Shown here piece after piece: positions 9,421-16,932 of a DNA stretch of 64,000 bases (within the stretch, counting starts at the first letter, position 1; each line of letters begins with the position of its first letter). A model generated the notes under the pieces. That model worked only from the letters and a program-made list of their open reading frames with translations. It was not told the origin of the DNA and made no database searches. This DNA comes from an uncultured bacterium (GTDB lineage: Bacteria > Patescibacteriota > JACMRA01). Location: contig OY969926.1 in NCBI GenBank assembly GCA_963704645.1, positions 1,152,001 to 1,216,000 of the forward strand, in the 5' to 3' direction. Made by a program: the position numbers and the translations under genes.

Positions 9421-9455
9421 GAAAATAGCACCTAAGAATAACACTTAGGCACTAT
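9421..9455 (-). terminator. Intrinsic terminator
   Basis: TAGTGCCTAAG/CTTAGGTGCTA stem followed by TTTTC on the minus strand. Confidence 0.65.
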
Positions 9456-9459
9456 GGTT

Positions 9460-9615
9460 TTAAGCACGTCTCGATCGACGCATTAAAACTTTTTGATCCC
9501 TGGTAAAATGGAGATTTATTCCACTTCCATTTCGCAAGTCTTCTCGGACTTTGCTATGAGCGTCCGCAACAACTTCCTCAGTTGTTTCTTGCGATGCTAA
9601 TAATATAGCACTCAT
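9460..9615 (-). CDS. Orphan small protein (51 aa; start revised to MSAILL)
   Basis: AGGAG SD before ATG 9615, TTGACA upstream, own terminator. Confidence 0.55.
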   Translation of the reverse strand: MSAILLASQETTEEVVADAHSKVREDLRNGSGINLHFTRDQKVLMRRSRRA

Positions 9616-9758
9616 AATTCTTCTCCTGTTGTATTTCAATATAGATAGAATACTAGATAATCTAAAGTTACATAAAAAGCTAATTGTCAATAGTAAAAGT
9701 GTAAATATATTGTCTGTTATTATTACTGTTCCAACTTTAATTAACACCCAAGGCTAGT

Positions 9759-10166
9759 CTAAATTTCCAAATAATTTTTATAGGTTTTAACTAATAATTT
9801 ATCAAAACTAACTAATTCCAAACTATTTTGTAGGCAAACTTGTAAATACAAACTGTCTTCAAAAGATAAATTTTCTTTATTAAAAGTATTTAAAACTTTT
9901 TTAAAATCTAGCTGTTTAGGCTGTAAAATTTCAACAATTCCCAGATCTAAAAATTCCTGGAATGCTTCTACAATTTCCTGTTTAGAAAATTCATAATGTG
10001 TAGTAAGAACATATTTTAATTCAATTAAAGTTTCCGGTAGAATAAATAACTTATATTCTTGCCTTACAGCTTTTTCAAACAATAAATTTACTTCAGCTTG
10101 CTGACTTTCAACGTCCCCAATTAAAAATCTGGCGATTATATTTGTATCTAACAAAACTTTAATCAT
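9759..10166 (-). CDS. vapC: PIN-domain toxin (VapC family); start revised to MIKVLLDTN
   Basis: LDTN, E, D and SFD acidic PIN residues; ATG overlaps the antitoxin stop (ATGATTAA). Confidence 0.88.
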   Translation of the reverse strand: MIKVLLDTNIIARFLIGDVESQQAEVNLLFEKAVRQEYKLFILPETLIELKYVLTTHYEFSKQEIVEAFQEFLDLGIVEILQPKQLDFKKVLNTFNKENLSFEDSLYLQVCLQNSLELVSFDKLLVKTYKNYLEI

Positions 10167-10443
10167 ATTTTTGGTTTTTAAAACTATCAGTTTTTGACCT
10201 CTCCAAAGCAGCTTCAAACTCTTCACCAGTTTCAAACATTTTGTTTTTGTTTTTAAGCTTTCTACCTAAACTTCCCTGTATTTTAGACATTTTATTTTCT
10301 ATATTTTGAATATTGTAAGTATCCTGTTTTTGACCATCTTCAAAAATATGCAAATACATTCCTGGTTTTAAATCTAATTTATTCAATAAATCTACTGGCA
10401 AAGTAACTTGATTCTGTGATGAAACTTTTAGTTTAAAGGTCAT
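10159..10443 (-). CDS. vapB: AbrB/MazE-fold antitoxin (VapB)
   Basis: KVSSQNQVTLP...LDLKPG AbrB-type motif directly upstream of the PIN gene. Confidence 0.85.
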   Translation of the reverse strand: MTFKLKVSSQNQVTLPVDLLNKLDLKPGMYLHIFEDGQKQDTYNIQNIENKMSKIQGSLGRKLKNKNKMFETGEEFEAALERSKTDSFKNQKYD

Positions 10444-10448
10444 AGTAA

Positions 10449-10481
10449 AGTTATTTTAAATAACTAAAATTATAATGTCAA
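10449..10481 (-). promoter_or_regulatory. vapBC promoter with overlapping palindromic operator
   Basis: TTGACA (10481-10476)-N17-TAAAAT (10458-10453), 9 nt before the ATG; palindrome AGTTATTT-T-AAATAACT at 10449-10465. Confidence 0.75.
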
Positions 10482-10582
10482 AGTAAAAAATAGTTACTTA
10501 GACATGTATGAAATTAGTTTTGACTTTTCTTATATTTTGTGTATTAGTAAGTGTAAGTGCTAGCTGTGTTTAGGAGACAGTT

Positions 10583-10780
10583 ATGTCGTTTTTTTATGTT
10601 GCAACTGGTAGGACAATTACAGTCATCACAGTTAGTAGATTTCTTTGGCCCATCGGATGCGAGGAGAAGCCTAGTTATGGCATAAGTCATACTCACTCAA
10701 AACTTCTTCAAGAACAACGAAAGGAGAGGTGGCGTAGGAAACAAAGGACACTTGCAATACGTCTTTCTTGGAAATACTAA
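10583..10780 (+). CDS. Orphan small basic protein
   Basis: AGGAG SD, TTGACT-N16-TATTAG upstream, family B terminator downstream. Confidence 0.55.
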   Translation: MSFFYVATGRTITVITVSRFLWPIGCEEKPSYGISHTHSKLLQEQRKERWRRKQRTLAIRLSWKY

Positions 10781-10798
10781 GTTTAACTATTTGTCCAT

Positions 10799-10851
10799 CC
10801 CTAACTTCACCAATCAACGTTGGATTTAGGGATAATTTTTTTGGCCAAAAT
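10799..10851 (+). terminator. Intrinsic terminator, family B
   Basis: CCCTAA...TTAGGG stem, T7 run, GGCCAAAA; close homolog of 8521-8574. Confidence 0.75.
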
Positions 10852-10860
10852 CACCACCTA

Positions 10861-12189
10861 CTACAACAACTCATTCCCAACTTTATCTTCTAAAGTAACC
10901 TGGTTCCACAAAGTTCCTCTATCAAAAGTAAAAACATTTGGGTCCGCTTTAATATCTGTTAATTTTAGGGGAACGGTTAAATGCACACCAGCCATTGTTC
11001 TGCAACGGCTAAAAGCTACATAGGTTTGGCCAAAAATAAAAGCTCCCCTACCCATGTTAATAATACAATTATCAAAGGTTTGCCCCTGCGATTTATGAAT
11101 GGTTACGGCCCAAGCCAATTTTAAGGGATATTGCACAAAACTGCCTACTGTTTTCTTTACTGTTTCCAACTTCTCTTCATCATATTCATACTTATAGGCT
11201 TCCCAAGTAGAAAGTTCTACTTCTACCAATTTTGAGTTTTTAGAATTTAAACGAATTAAGACTGTGTCTTTTTGAAGCTCTTCCACCACTCCAATTGTAC
11301 CATTTACCCAACGTCTTTCTGGGTCATTTTTAATAAACATTACTTGAGCCCCAATTTTTAGGTTTAAATATTTTTCAGTGGGATAAAGCTCTTCCCCGAA
11401 GCTTCCTGTAATTACGGCTTTGTAGCTAAATTCTTCAGCACTTAGTTTTTCCAATTCATCAAAATTTATATTGGCAGCATCTTTGTTTATAGTTGTAATA
11501 GTAATTGGTAAAGTTTCTTGCGGAACATTTTTGCCAACAAATTTAGTATTCACCCAAGAAATTAAGCTTGCATTGGCCACGCCGTAACGTAAATAATTTA
11601 ATAATTTTATGAACTCGGCTTCACTTTGGCGGTAATTGTGTTCAAGTTTTATATATTTCAAATGCAAATCTGCAAAACATTTAGCCCCAAAAAAATATTC
11701 ACTATTATAGCGACTTGAAAACTGCTCTTTTTCCTCCCGACGTAAAACTGGGGGAAGTTGAAAATGATCACCAAACAAAATTAATTGAACACCGCCAAAA
11801 GGTAATCTTGGCTTTTCTTTGTTCAACCTGAAAAACTTATCTAGCAAATCTAGCATGTCACTTCTAACCATGGAAATTTCATCAATAACCAAAATATCTA
11901 TAGCTTTCACCCTGCGGTTATCACGAAGTTTATGAACTTTCCCCTCTTCCAAAAGTTGCCAAGCCGGATCAGTGCTTAATCTACAAAAACTGTGAATTGT
12001 TTCCCCACCAACATTAATTGCAGCCATGCCAGTAGGTGCCAAAATTGCAACTTTTTGTTTTACTTCGTCTAAAAAATGTTTTAAAAGCGTGCTTTTACCT
12101 GTTCCAGCATCTCCTGTAATGTACAAATTATGCCGTGTTTTAAGCATTAATTCTAAAGCAAGCGTTGCAATTTTATTATCTTTAAACAT
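10861..12189 (-). CDS. Pif1/RecD-like SF1B DNA helicase
   Basis: GDAGTGKS, APTG-AA, IDEISMV, FGDHFQLPPV, NYRQ, AWAVTIHKSQG, GQTYVAFSR. Confidence 0.93.
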   Translation of the reverse strand: MFKDNKIATLALELMLKTRHNLYITGDAGTGKSTLLKHFLDEVKQKVAILAPTGMAAINVGGETIHSFCRLSTDPAWQLLEEGKVHKLRDNRRVKAIDILVIDEISMVRSDMLDLLDKFFRLNKEKPRLPFGGVQLILFGDHFQLPPVLRREEKEQFSSRYNSEYFFGAKCFADLHLKYIKLEHNYRQSEAEFIKLLNYLRYGVANASLISWVNTKFVGKNVPQETLPITITTINKDAANINFDELEKLSAEEFSYKAVITGSFGEELYPTEKYLNLKIGAQVMFIKNDPERRWVNGTIGVVEELQKDTVLIRLNSKNSKLVEVELSTWEAYKYEYDEEKLETVKKTVGSFVQYPLKLAWAVTIHKSQGQTFDNCIINMGRGAFIFGQTYVAFSRCRTMAGVHLTVPLKLTDIKADPNVFTFDRGTLWNQVTLEDKVGNELL

Positions 12190-12362
12190 TGGTTCAAGTA
12201 TTTATAAAACCAAGTTTGTTGGCAATGGGAGCTCTTGGATTTAAAATATCTAGTTTCCAACTTCCAGGATTATTAAATATATACTCCCGAATTCTGGAAA
12301 GGTCTGCGTCATTCCGAATAACTCGTTCATAAAAAGATTTCTGCCAAAATGAAGGAAAACTC

Positions 12363-12487
12363 GTAGGGGAACGCTTGCCGTTCCCGTGATACTTAATATT
12401 TCGATAGACTTTATTCTCATCAACCATGCTAATTTCGTTGCTTGTTAAAATTCTATACTCTTTATGGAACCGCAAGGGTTCCCCTAC
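12363..12487. repeat. Intragenic inverted REP doublet 2 inside rayT
   Basis: GTAG-GGGAACG-CTTGC-CGTTCCC (plus strand, 12363-12385) and GTAG-G-GGAACC-CTTGC-GGTTCC (minus strand, 12487-12466). Confidence 0.85.
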
Positions 12488-12704
12488 AAATTGCTTATTT
12501 ATATGATACCATGATATTGATTTAAATTTGGATATTATATCCGATAAATTTGTTTCCTGTGTTGTTATTTTAGAAATTGGTTTATCTAAAAATGTCATGA
12601 TTCCATGAATATGATTGGGCATAATTACAAAATCCTCCATTATTATGTTTTCAAATATGTCAGATAAACTTAGCCAAATATCAATAACAATAGAACCAAT
12701 TTCC

Positions 12705-12769
12705 GTAGGGACGAATTTTAATTCGCGTTGGGGCACTCCCAAGACAGGAGAAACAAGTTTCTCCCCTAC
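12705..12769. repeat. Intragenic inverted REP doublet 1 inside rayT
   Basis: GTAG-GGA-CGAATT-TT-AATTCG (plus strand) and GTAG-G-GGAGAAAC-TT-GTTTCTCC (minus strand), with a central TTGGG-GCACT-CCCAA hairpin. Confidence 0.85.
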
Positions 12770-13010
12770 GCCGTGATTTATAAAATTAACTACCTCCCCA
12801 AAAATACATCTTTTGTCTTGCACACATATTGTTATGAAGAAAGAATTATTGTTTGAATAAATGTTTTTATCTGGGAATCTTATTTTCTTACGGTTGTTGC
12901 TCATCCCTTAAACCCAACATAATTTTTCTAGCTAAACAATATAAAGTTTGGGTTATTGGTTGGACTAACTCATAAAATAGCAAAATTCTTAATTTTCTTG
13001 GGAATTATTG

Positions 13011-13050
13011 CCTTGCCAGAAGGCTTTTTTTATGCTAATTTTAAATTAGA
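13011..13050 (+). promoter_or_regulatory. Putative sigma70 promoter, homologous to 7811-7850
   Basis: CCTTGCCAGAAGGC...TGCTAATTTTAAA. Confidence 0.5.
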
Positions 13051-13073
13051 TTTAGTAGTATTTGCGAGGAAAA

Positions 13074-13325
13074 ATGAGCTATAGAATTAATTTGGAAATG
13101 GAAGGTAAGTTTCTGATAGTTACCGAAAGTGGTGACAGATTTACTGACATTGCGAAAACTCAAAGTCTTGAAGTTAATAGTACACTTTTAAAATGGCGTT
13201 TTAAATTTGACAGATATGGGAATCCAGTGAATGGAGACGCTGTATCATTATACTGCCTGCCAGATTGTATTTCTCTAGAAATACTTAAAGATTTCATCCA
13301 ACAATGGAATAGAAATCAGCAGTAA
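13074..13325 (+). CDS. Orphan hypothetical protein (start revised to MSYRIN)
   Basis: GAGGA SD before ATG 13074; hairpin and T-run at about 13346-13371. Confidence 0.6.
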   Translation: MSYRINLEMEGKFLIVTESGDRFTDIAKTQSLEVNSTLLKWRFKFDRYGNPVNGDAVSLYCLPDCISLEILKDFIQQWNRNQQ

Positions 13326-13388
13326 ATAACAAGTGGTAAGTTTTTAAAAGCACTTTTTTAAGGGCTTTTTTATTTCTACAATTTTACC

Positions 13389-14588
13389 TTACTCCGCAAA
13401 CCCAACCTTAACAATTTCCACACAACCCTTCTTTTTTAAACTTTCGTAGCGTTTGTTTTCACTTCGTATAAAACTGTAGTCTATTTCAAAAGTTTTTCCT
13501 TCTTGCTTTAATTTAGGGATAATCTGGTTATAAACTTCCAGCAAATTTTCTTGACTAGCTGGCATAATTCCAACTTTTTCCAGTTCATTAAACTTTTCTG
13601 GCCACAAATTCCAACTATCTAAAAACTCTGAGAAGGGCACATCACCAGGAGCAAAACCAACTGCTGCAGATTTTTTTCCGTATAAATCTAGTAAGTCATC
13701 AAAGCGCCCTCCGCCGAATAAAGACCTGTTGTTTTCTTCGTTAGTATCAAAGGCTTCAAAAATTAAACCTGTATAGTAGGCCTGGCCACGAATAATTGTG
13801 CAAGTAAATTCAAAATCTACATCTGGCTGAATTTTTGGTAAAGTTTCTAAAATTAACTTCATTTCTGGCTGATTCAAGGCAATATTCAAATATTCCTGCC
13901 AATTTTCACCTTGTTTTTTGGCTGTTTGCAAAATTTTCTGGGCATCGGCTTCTGGTAAAATTTCTTTAAGTGCATTTAAACTTTGCTCTTCAGTTTGTTT
14001 ATACCAACCATCTAATATTTTATAAATTTCAGGCCTAAAGTTAACCCAACCATTTTTTTCCGTCCATTCGTCTAGAACCAATCTGCTGTTATACAAAATT
14101 TTATACTGTTCTTTCTTGGCTGCAAAAGCTTTAAAAAGTTCGGCTGATAAGTTTAAAACTTCCAAATCTACAGGGCCACGCTCTGCACCTGCAATGTTAA
14201 CTTCCAACTGATAAAATTCACGCGATCTACCTTTTTGTGGTCGTTCGTATCTAAAACAATTAGCAATACTAAACCAACGAACAGGGAATTTTAACTGCTC
14301 AAATTTGTCAGCAATTAAACGGGCAAAACTAAGTGTTAATTCTGGCCGAAGTGCAATTTTTCTGTCTCCTTTGTCGGTAAAAGAATAAAGCTGTTGACCC
14401 CCAAGTTCTTCCCCACTTTTGGCTATAAAAGCCTCGGCATTTTCTATAACGCTGCTGTCATATTCTACAAAACCGTTGGCCACCATGGTTTTTCGCCAAG
14501 TATTAAAAACAAAATTGCGTTTAACCAAATCTTCTGGGTACATATCTCTAGTTCCCTTATAAGGCCCAGTAGTAAAAATTTTAGACAT
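13389..14588 (-). CDS. hisS: Histidyl-tRNA synthetase
   Basis: KGTRD, LRPELT, FRYERPQKGR-REFYQ, RGQAYYTG, GGGRFD, AVGF; short C-terminal domain. Confidence 0.95.
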   Translation of the reverse strand: MSKIFTTGPYKGTRDMYPEDLVKRNFVFNTWRKTMVANGFVEYDSSVIENAEAFIAKSGEELGGQQLYSFTDKGDRKIALRPELTLSFARLIADKFEQLKFPVRWFSIANCFRYERPQKGRSREFYQLEVNIAGAERGPVDLEVLNLSAELFKAFAAKKEQYKILYNSRLVLDEWTEKNGWVNFRPEIYKILDGWYKQTEEQSLNALKEILPEADAQKILQTAKKQGENWQEYLNIALNQPEMKLILETLPKIQPDVDFEFTCTIIRGQAYYTGLIFEAFDTNEENNRSLFGGGRFDDLLDLYGKKSAAVGFAPGDVPFSEFLDSWNLWPEKFNELEKVGIMPASQENLLEVYNQIIPKLKQEGKTFEIDYSFIRSENKRYESLKKKGCVEIVKVGFAE

Positions 14589-14638
14589 ATTAATTTAAAA
14601 TTAAAACCCTTCCAAAAAATTGGCAAATCCAAAACAAC

Positions 14639-14725
14639 GTAGAGGCGAGCCCGTCTCGCCACCGCCACCGCCCCAAAACAAGCAAGCAATAAAACCACCC
14701 TGTAGCGGCGAAGCTTGCGAGCCAC
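14639..14725 (+). repeat. Two tandem REP-like elements
   Basis: GTAGAGGCGAGCCCGTCTCGCCACC (identical to 51776-51800) and GTAGCGGCGAAGCTTGCGAGCCAC (14702-14725). Confidence 0.8.
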
Positions 14726-14888
14726 ACATTTTAAAAATCCAAATTGTTTTTTAAGAGAGAGTTTATGTTTTAAACTGAACATTCATTTTAACTCAACGAG
14801 CCACTACCCACCCTTTGCCCAACCACCAAAAATATGCATAAATTAAAAGGAATTAAGAGTTTTTTCTTGGTTCAATTGTAAATAATTT

Positions 14889-15161
14889 TTTGGAAACATC
14901 ATACCACTAGAATCATCAATTTCAGAGCATAAAGCAGGTGAAGGTTTAGAACTTACACTTGCAAATTGGCCATACTTGGAGGTAATTCTCAAAAGCTATT
15001 TGGATAATTTGCCTGTTTACAATGAACAACTAGGATAGATCAAAATCACTTGGATAAAGCACACTGGCGAAGGTAGTTGTGCTCACATTTTTGAAGGATA
15101 TGTAAATGAAGTAATTACTTTTTTAGGGTGGCAGATTATTGTGTTCAGTATAAAACCTTAG
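14889..15161 (+). pseudogene. Possible decayed orphan gene
   Basis: A 90-codon frame (FGNIIPLESS...LG*IKITWIKHTGEGSCAHIFEGYV...) with one internal TAG at 15036; the upstream ATG at 14834 is in a different frame. Confidence 0.35.
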
Positions 15162-15383
15162 CCAAATTGGCAGTCACAACTTCATAAAATTTAAAATATA
15201 CACGCCTCCTTAAACTATATTTTTAACAATTAAAACTTTAATTAGTTAAATTTAATTTTTTTATTCTGCCATACCTAAAGCATAAGCAGGTTAACATGCA
15301 ACATTTAACGATGGAAAATGCCCAATAAGGCTTGACAAAATTCAAGTTCTAAAGCTTCTTTTGGTGAACATATCTTTCCTTTC

Positions 15384-16889
15384 ATGAACCCAAAGCACTT
15401 ACAAACTTTTGATGAAATATGTCAGAATTTGTGGCTAGATCTAGAGAATTATATTAAATACCTAGAGCCGCAGGAAAAGATGATGGTTTGTAATGCTTTT
15501 CAGGCTGCCATGGAAATATATGGGAATAAAAAAAGGGATGATGGAAGTTACTATTTAGAACACAAAGTAGAAGTGGCAAAAATTTTGGCAAAAATTCATT
15601 TAGATCAAGATACCTTAGCCGCCGCACTGCTTTACGGAAGCACAGATGATAAGCCGTTTTTAGAGCTTCATAGACTAAATTTCCCATCTAAGGTTTTTGA
15701 AATTATTGAAGATTTAAATAAAATTCTGGCTTTACTGCAGAACACTAGTCAGAATTCATCTGAAAAATATGCTGAAAACTTAAGAAGGATGTTTGTGGCC
15801 ACTGGAAGAGATTTTAGAGTATTTTTCATTAAGCTTGCCGATAGAATTAACAATTTGAAAAATATGCAGCATCTAGCACCAGAGAAAGCTAGAGAAATTG
15901 CAGAGCAAGCTATAAAAATTGATTCTGAAATTGCTTCAAGAATGGGCATTAGCATTTTAAAAAATGGTATTGAAGATTCGGCTTTTCAGTATTTACACCC
16001 AAAGATATGGAACTTCATGGTGAACAACAGTGTTTTAAATTTTGAAAATAGAACAACTCATTCAAAAAAACTGCAAATTAAAACCGAAAAGTTTTTAACC
16101 GAAAGAAAATTTCCCTATTTAGAAATAATGGGAAGAGCTAAGGGTTATTATGCAGTTTACAACAAACTATATGACAAAGGTAAAACCATAGATGAAGTTC
16201 ACGATTTAATTGCACTTAGAATAATTGTAGACGATGTTCCAAAATGTTTCCAAGCATTAGACGAAATCCATACAATTTTTCCTGAATACGTGGAAAGAAC
16301 CAAAAATTACATTCAAAATCCTAAAGAAAACGGGTATCAAAGTATTCATACAACTGTTATAGACAAGGAAACAAATACTTCTTTTGAATTCCAAATTAGA
16401 ACCAAAGAAATGCACGAATTGGCTGAATATGGTGCTGCCGCACACTGGGCTTACAAAAAGAAGGTTATAGCAGCTGATAGTAAGTTAAATTTCTTAGATC
16501 CAAATACTTTAATGAATTTTGGTGAAACTTTGCGCAGAGGGGCTTGGAACTTATTGCTTAAACAAAAAGAGGCAAAAAAGAATTTAGAAATGAATTTATT
16601 TCAAGATAAAGTATTTGTACTTACCCCAAAAGGTGACGTAATAAGCTTGCCAGACAATTCTACAGCACTTGATTTTGCTTATAAAATTCACCAGGAGGTT
16701 GGAAATAAAGCAGCCTATGCAAAAATTAATAGCAAAGCAAACAACTTGTACACTGTTTTAAAAACTGGCGATATGGTTGAAATAGTTACAGACACATACC
16801 AGTCTCCGAAAAAATACTGGTTAAATTGGTCAAAAACAAATACTGCTCACAAAATGATTAAGTCTTATTTAAAAAACGGTGTAAGCTAG
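15384..16889 (+). CDS. RelA/SpoT homolog: degenerate HD, synthetase and TGS domains; no ACT domain
   Basis: IKLADRINN, GRAK, DLIALRI, PKENGYQSIHT, EFQIRT, AAHWAYK, TPKGD...DFAYKIH. Confidence 0.92.
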   Translation: MNPKHLQTFDEICQNLWLDLENYIKYLEPQEKMMVCNAFQAAMEIYGNKKRDDGSYYLEHKVEVAKILAKIHLDQDTLAAALLYGSTDDKPFLELHRLNFPSKVFEIIEDLNKILALLQNTSQNSSEKYAENLRRMFVATGRDFRVFFIKLADRINNLKNMQHLAPEKAREIAEQAIKIDSEIASRMGISILKNGIEDSAFQYLHPKIWNFMVNNSVLNFENRTTHSKKLQIKTEKFLTERKFPYLEIMGRAKGYYAVYNKLYDKGKTIDEVHDLIALRIIVDDVPKCFQALDEIHTIFPEYVERTKNYIQNPKENGYQSIHTTVIDKETNTSFEFQIRTKEMHELAEYGAAAHWAYKKKVIAADSKLNFLDPNTLMNFGETLRRGAWNLLLKQKEAKKNLEMNLFQDKVFVLTPKGDVISLPDNSTALDFAYKIHQEVGNKAAYAKINSKANNLYTVLKTGDMVEIVTDTYQSPKKYWLNWSKTNTAHKMIKSYLKNGVS

Positions 16890-16932
16890 ATTTTTGTAAT
16901 GTAATTTAAGTTATAAACTTGAATCTTCCTTA

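Larger units (their letters stand above)
12194..12904 (-). mobile_element. rayT: REP-associated tyrosine transposase (RAYT, Y1 HUH family)
   Basis: FFITIC, FVIMPNHIHG (HUH), FKS, WQKSFYERVIRN, REYIFNNP (catalytic Tyr). Confidence 0.9.

Noticed and set aside
12194-12904. IS200/IS605 insertion sequence
   Set aside because: No tnpB and no subterminal IS hairpins seen; the motifs and GTAG REPs fit RAYT better.
4917-13380. Classical integron or prophage
   Set aside because: No tyrosine integrase or phage genes; the ORFs are in mixed orientations, interleaved with core genes, and no clear attC R/L boxes were seen.
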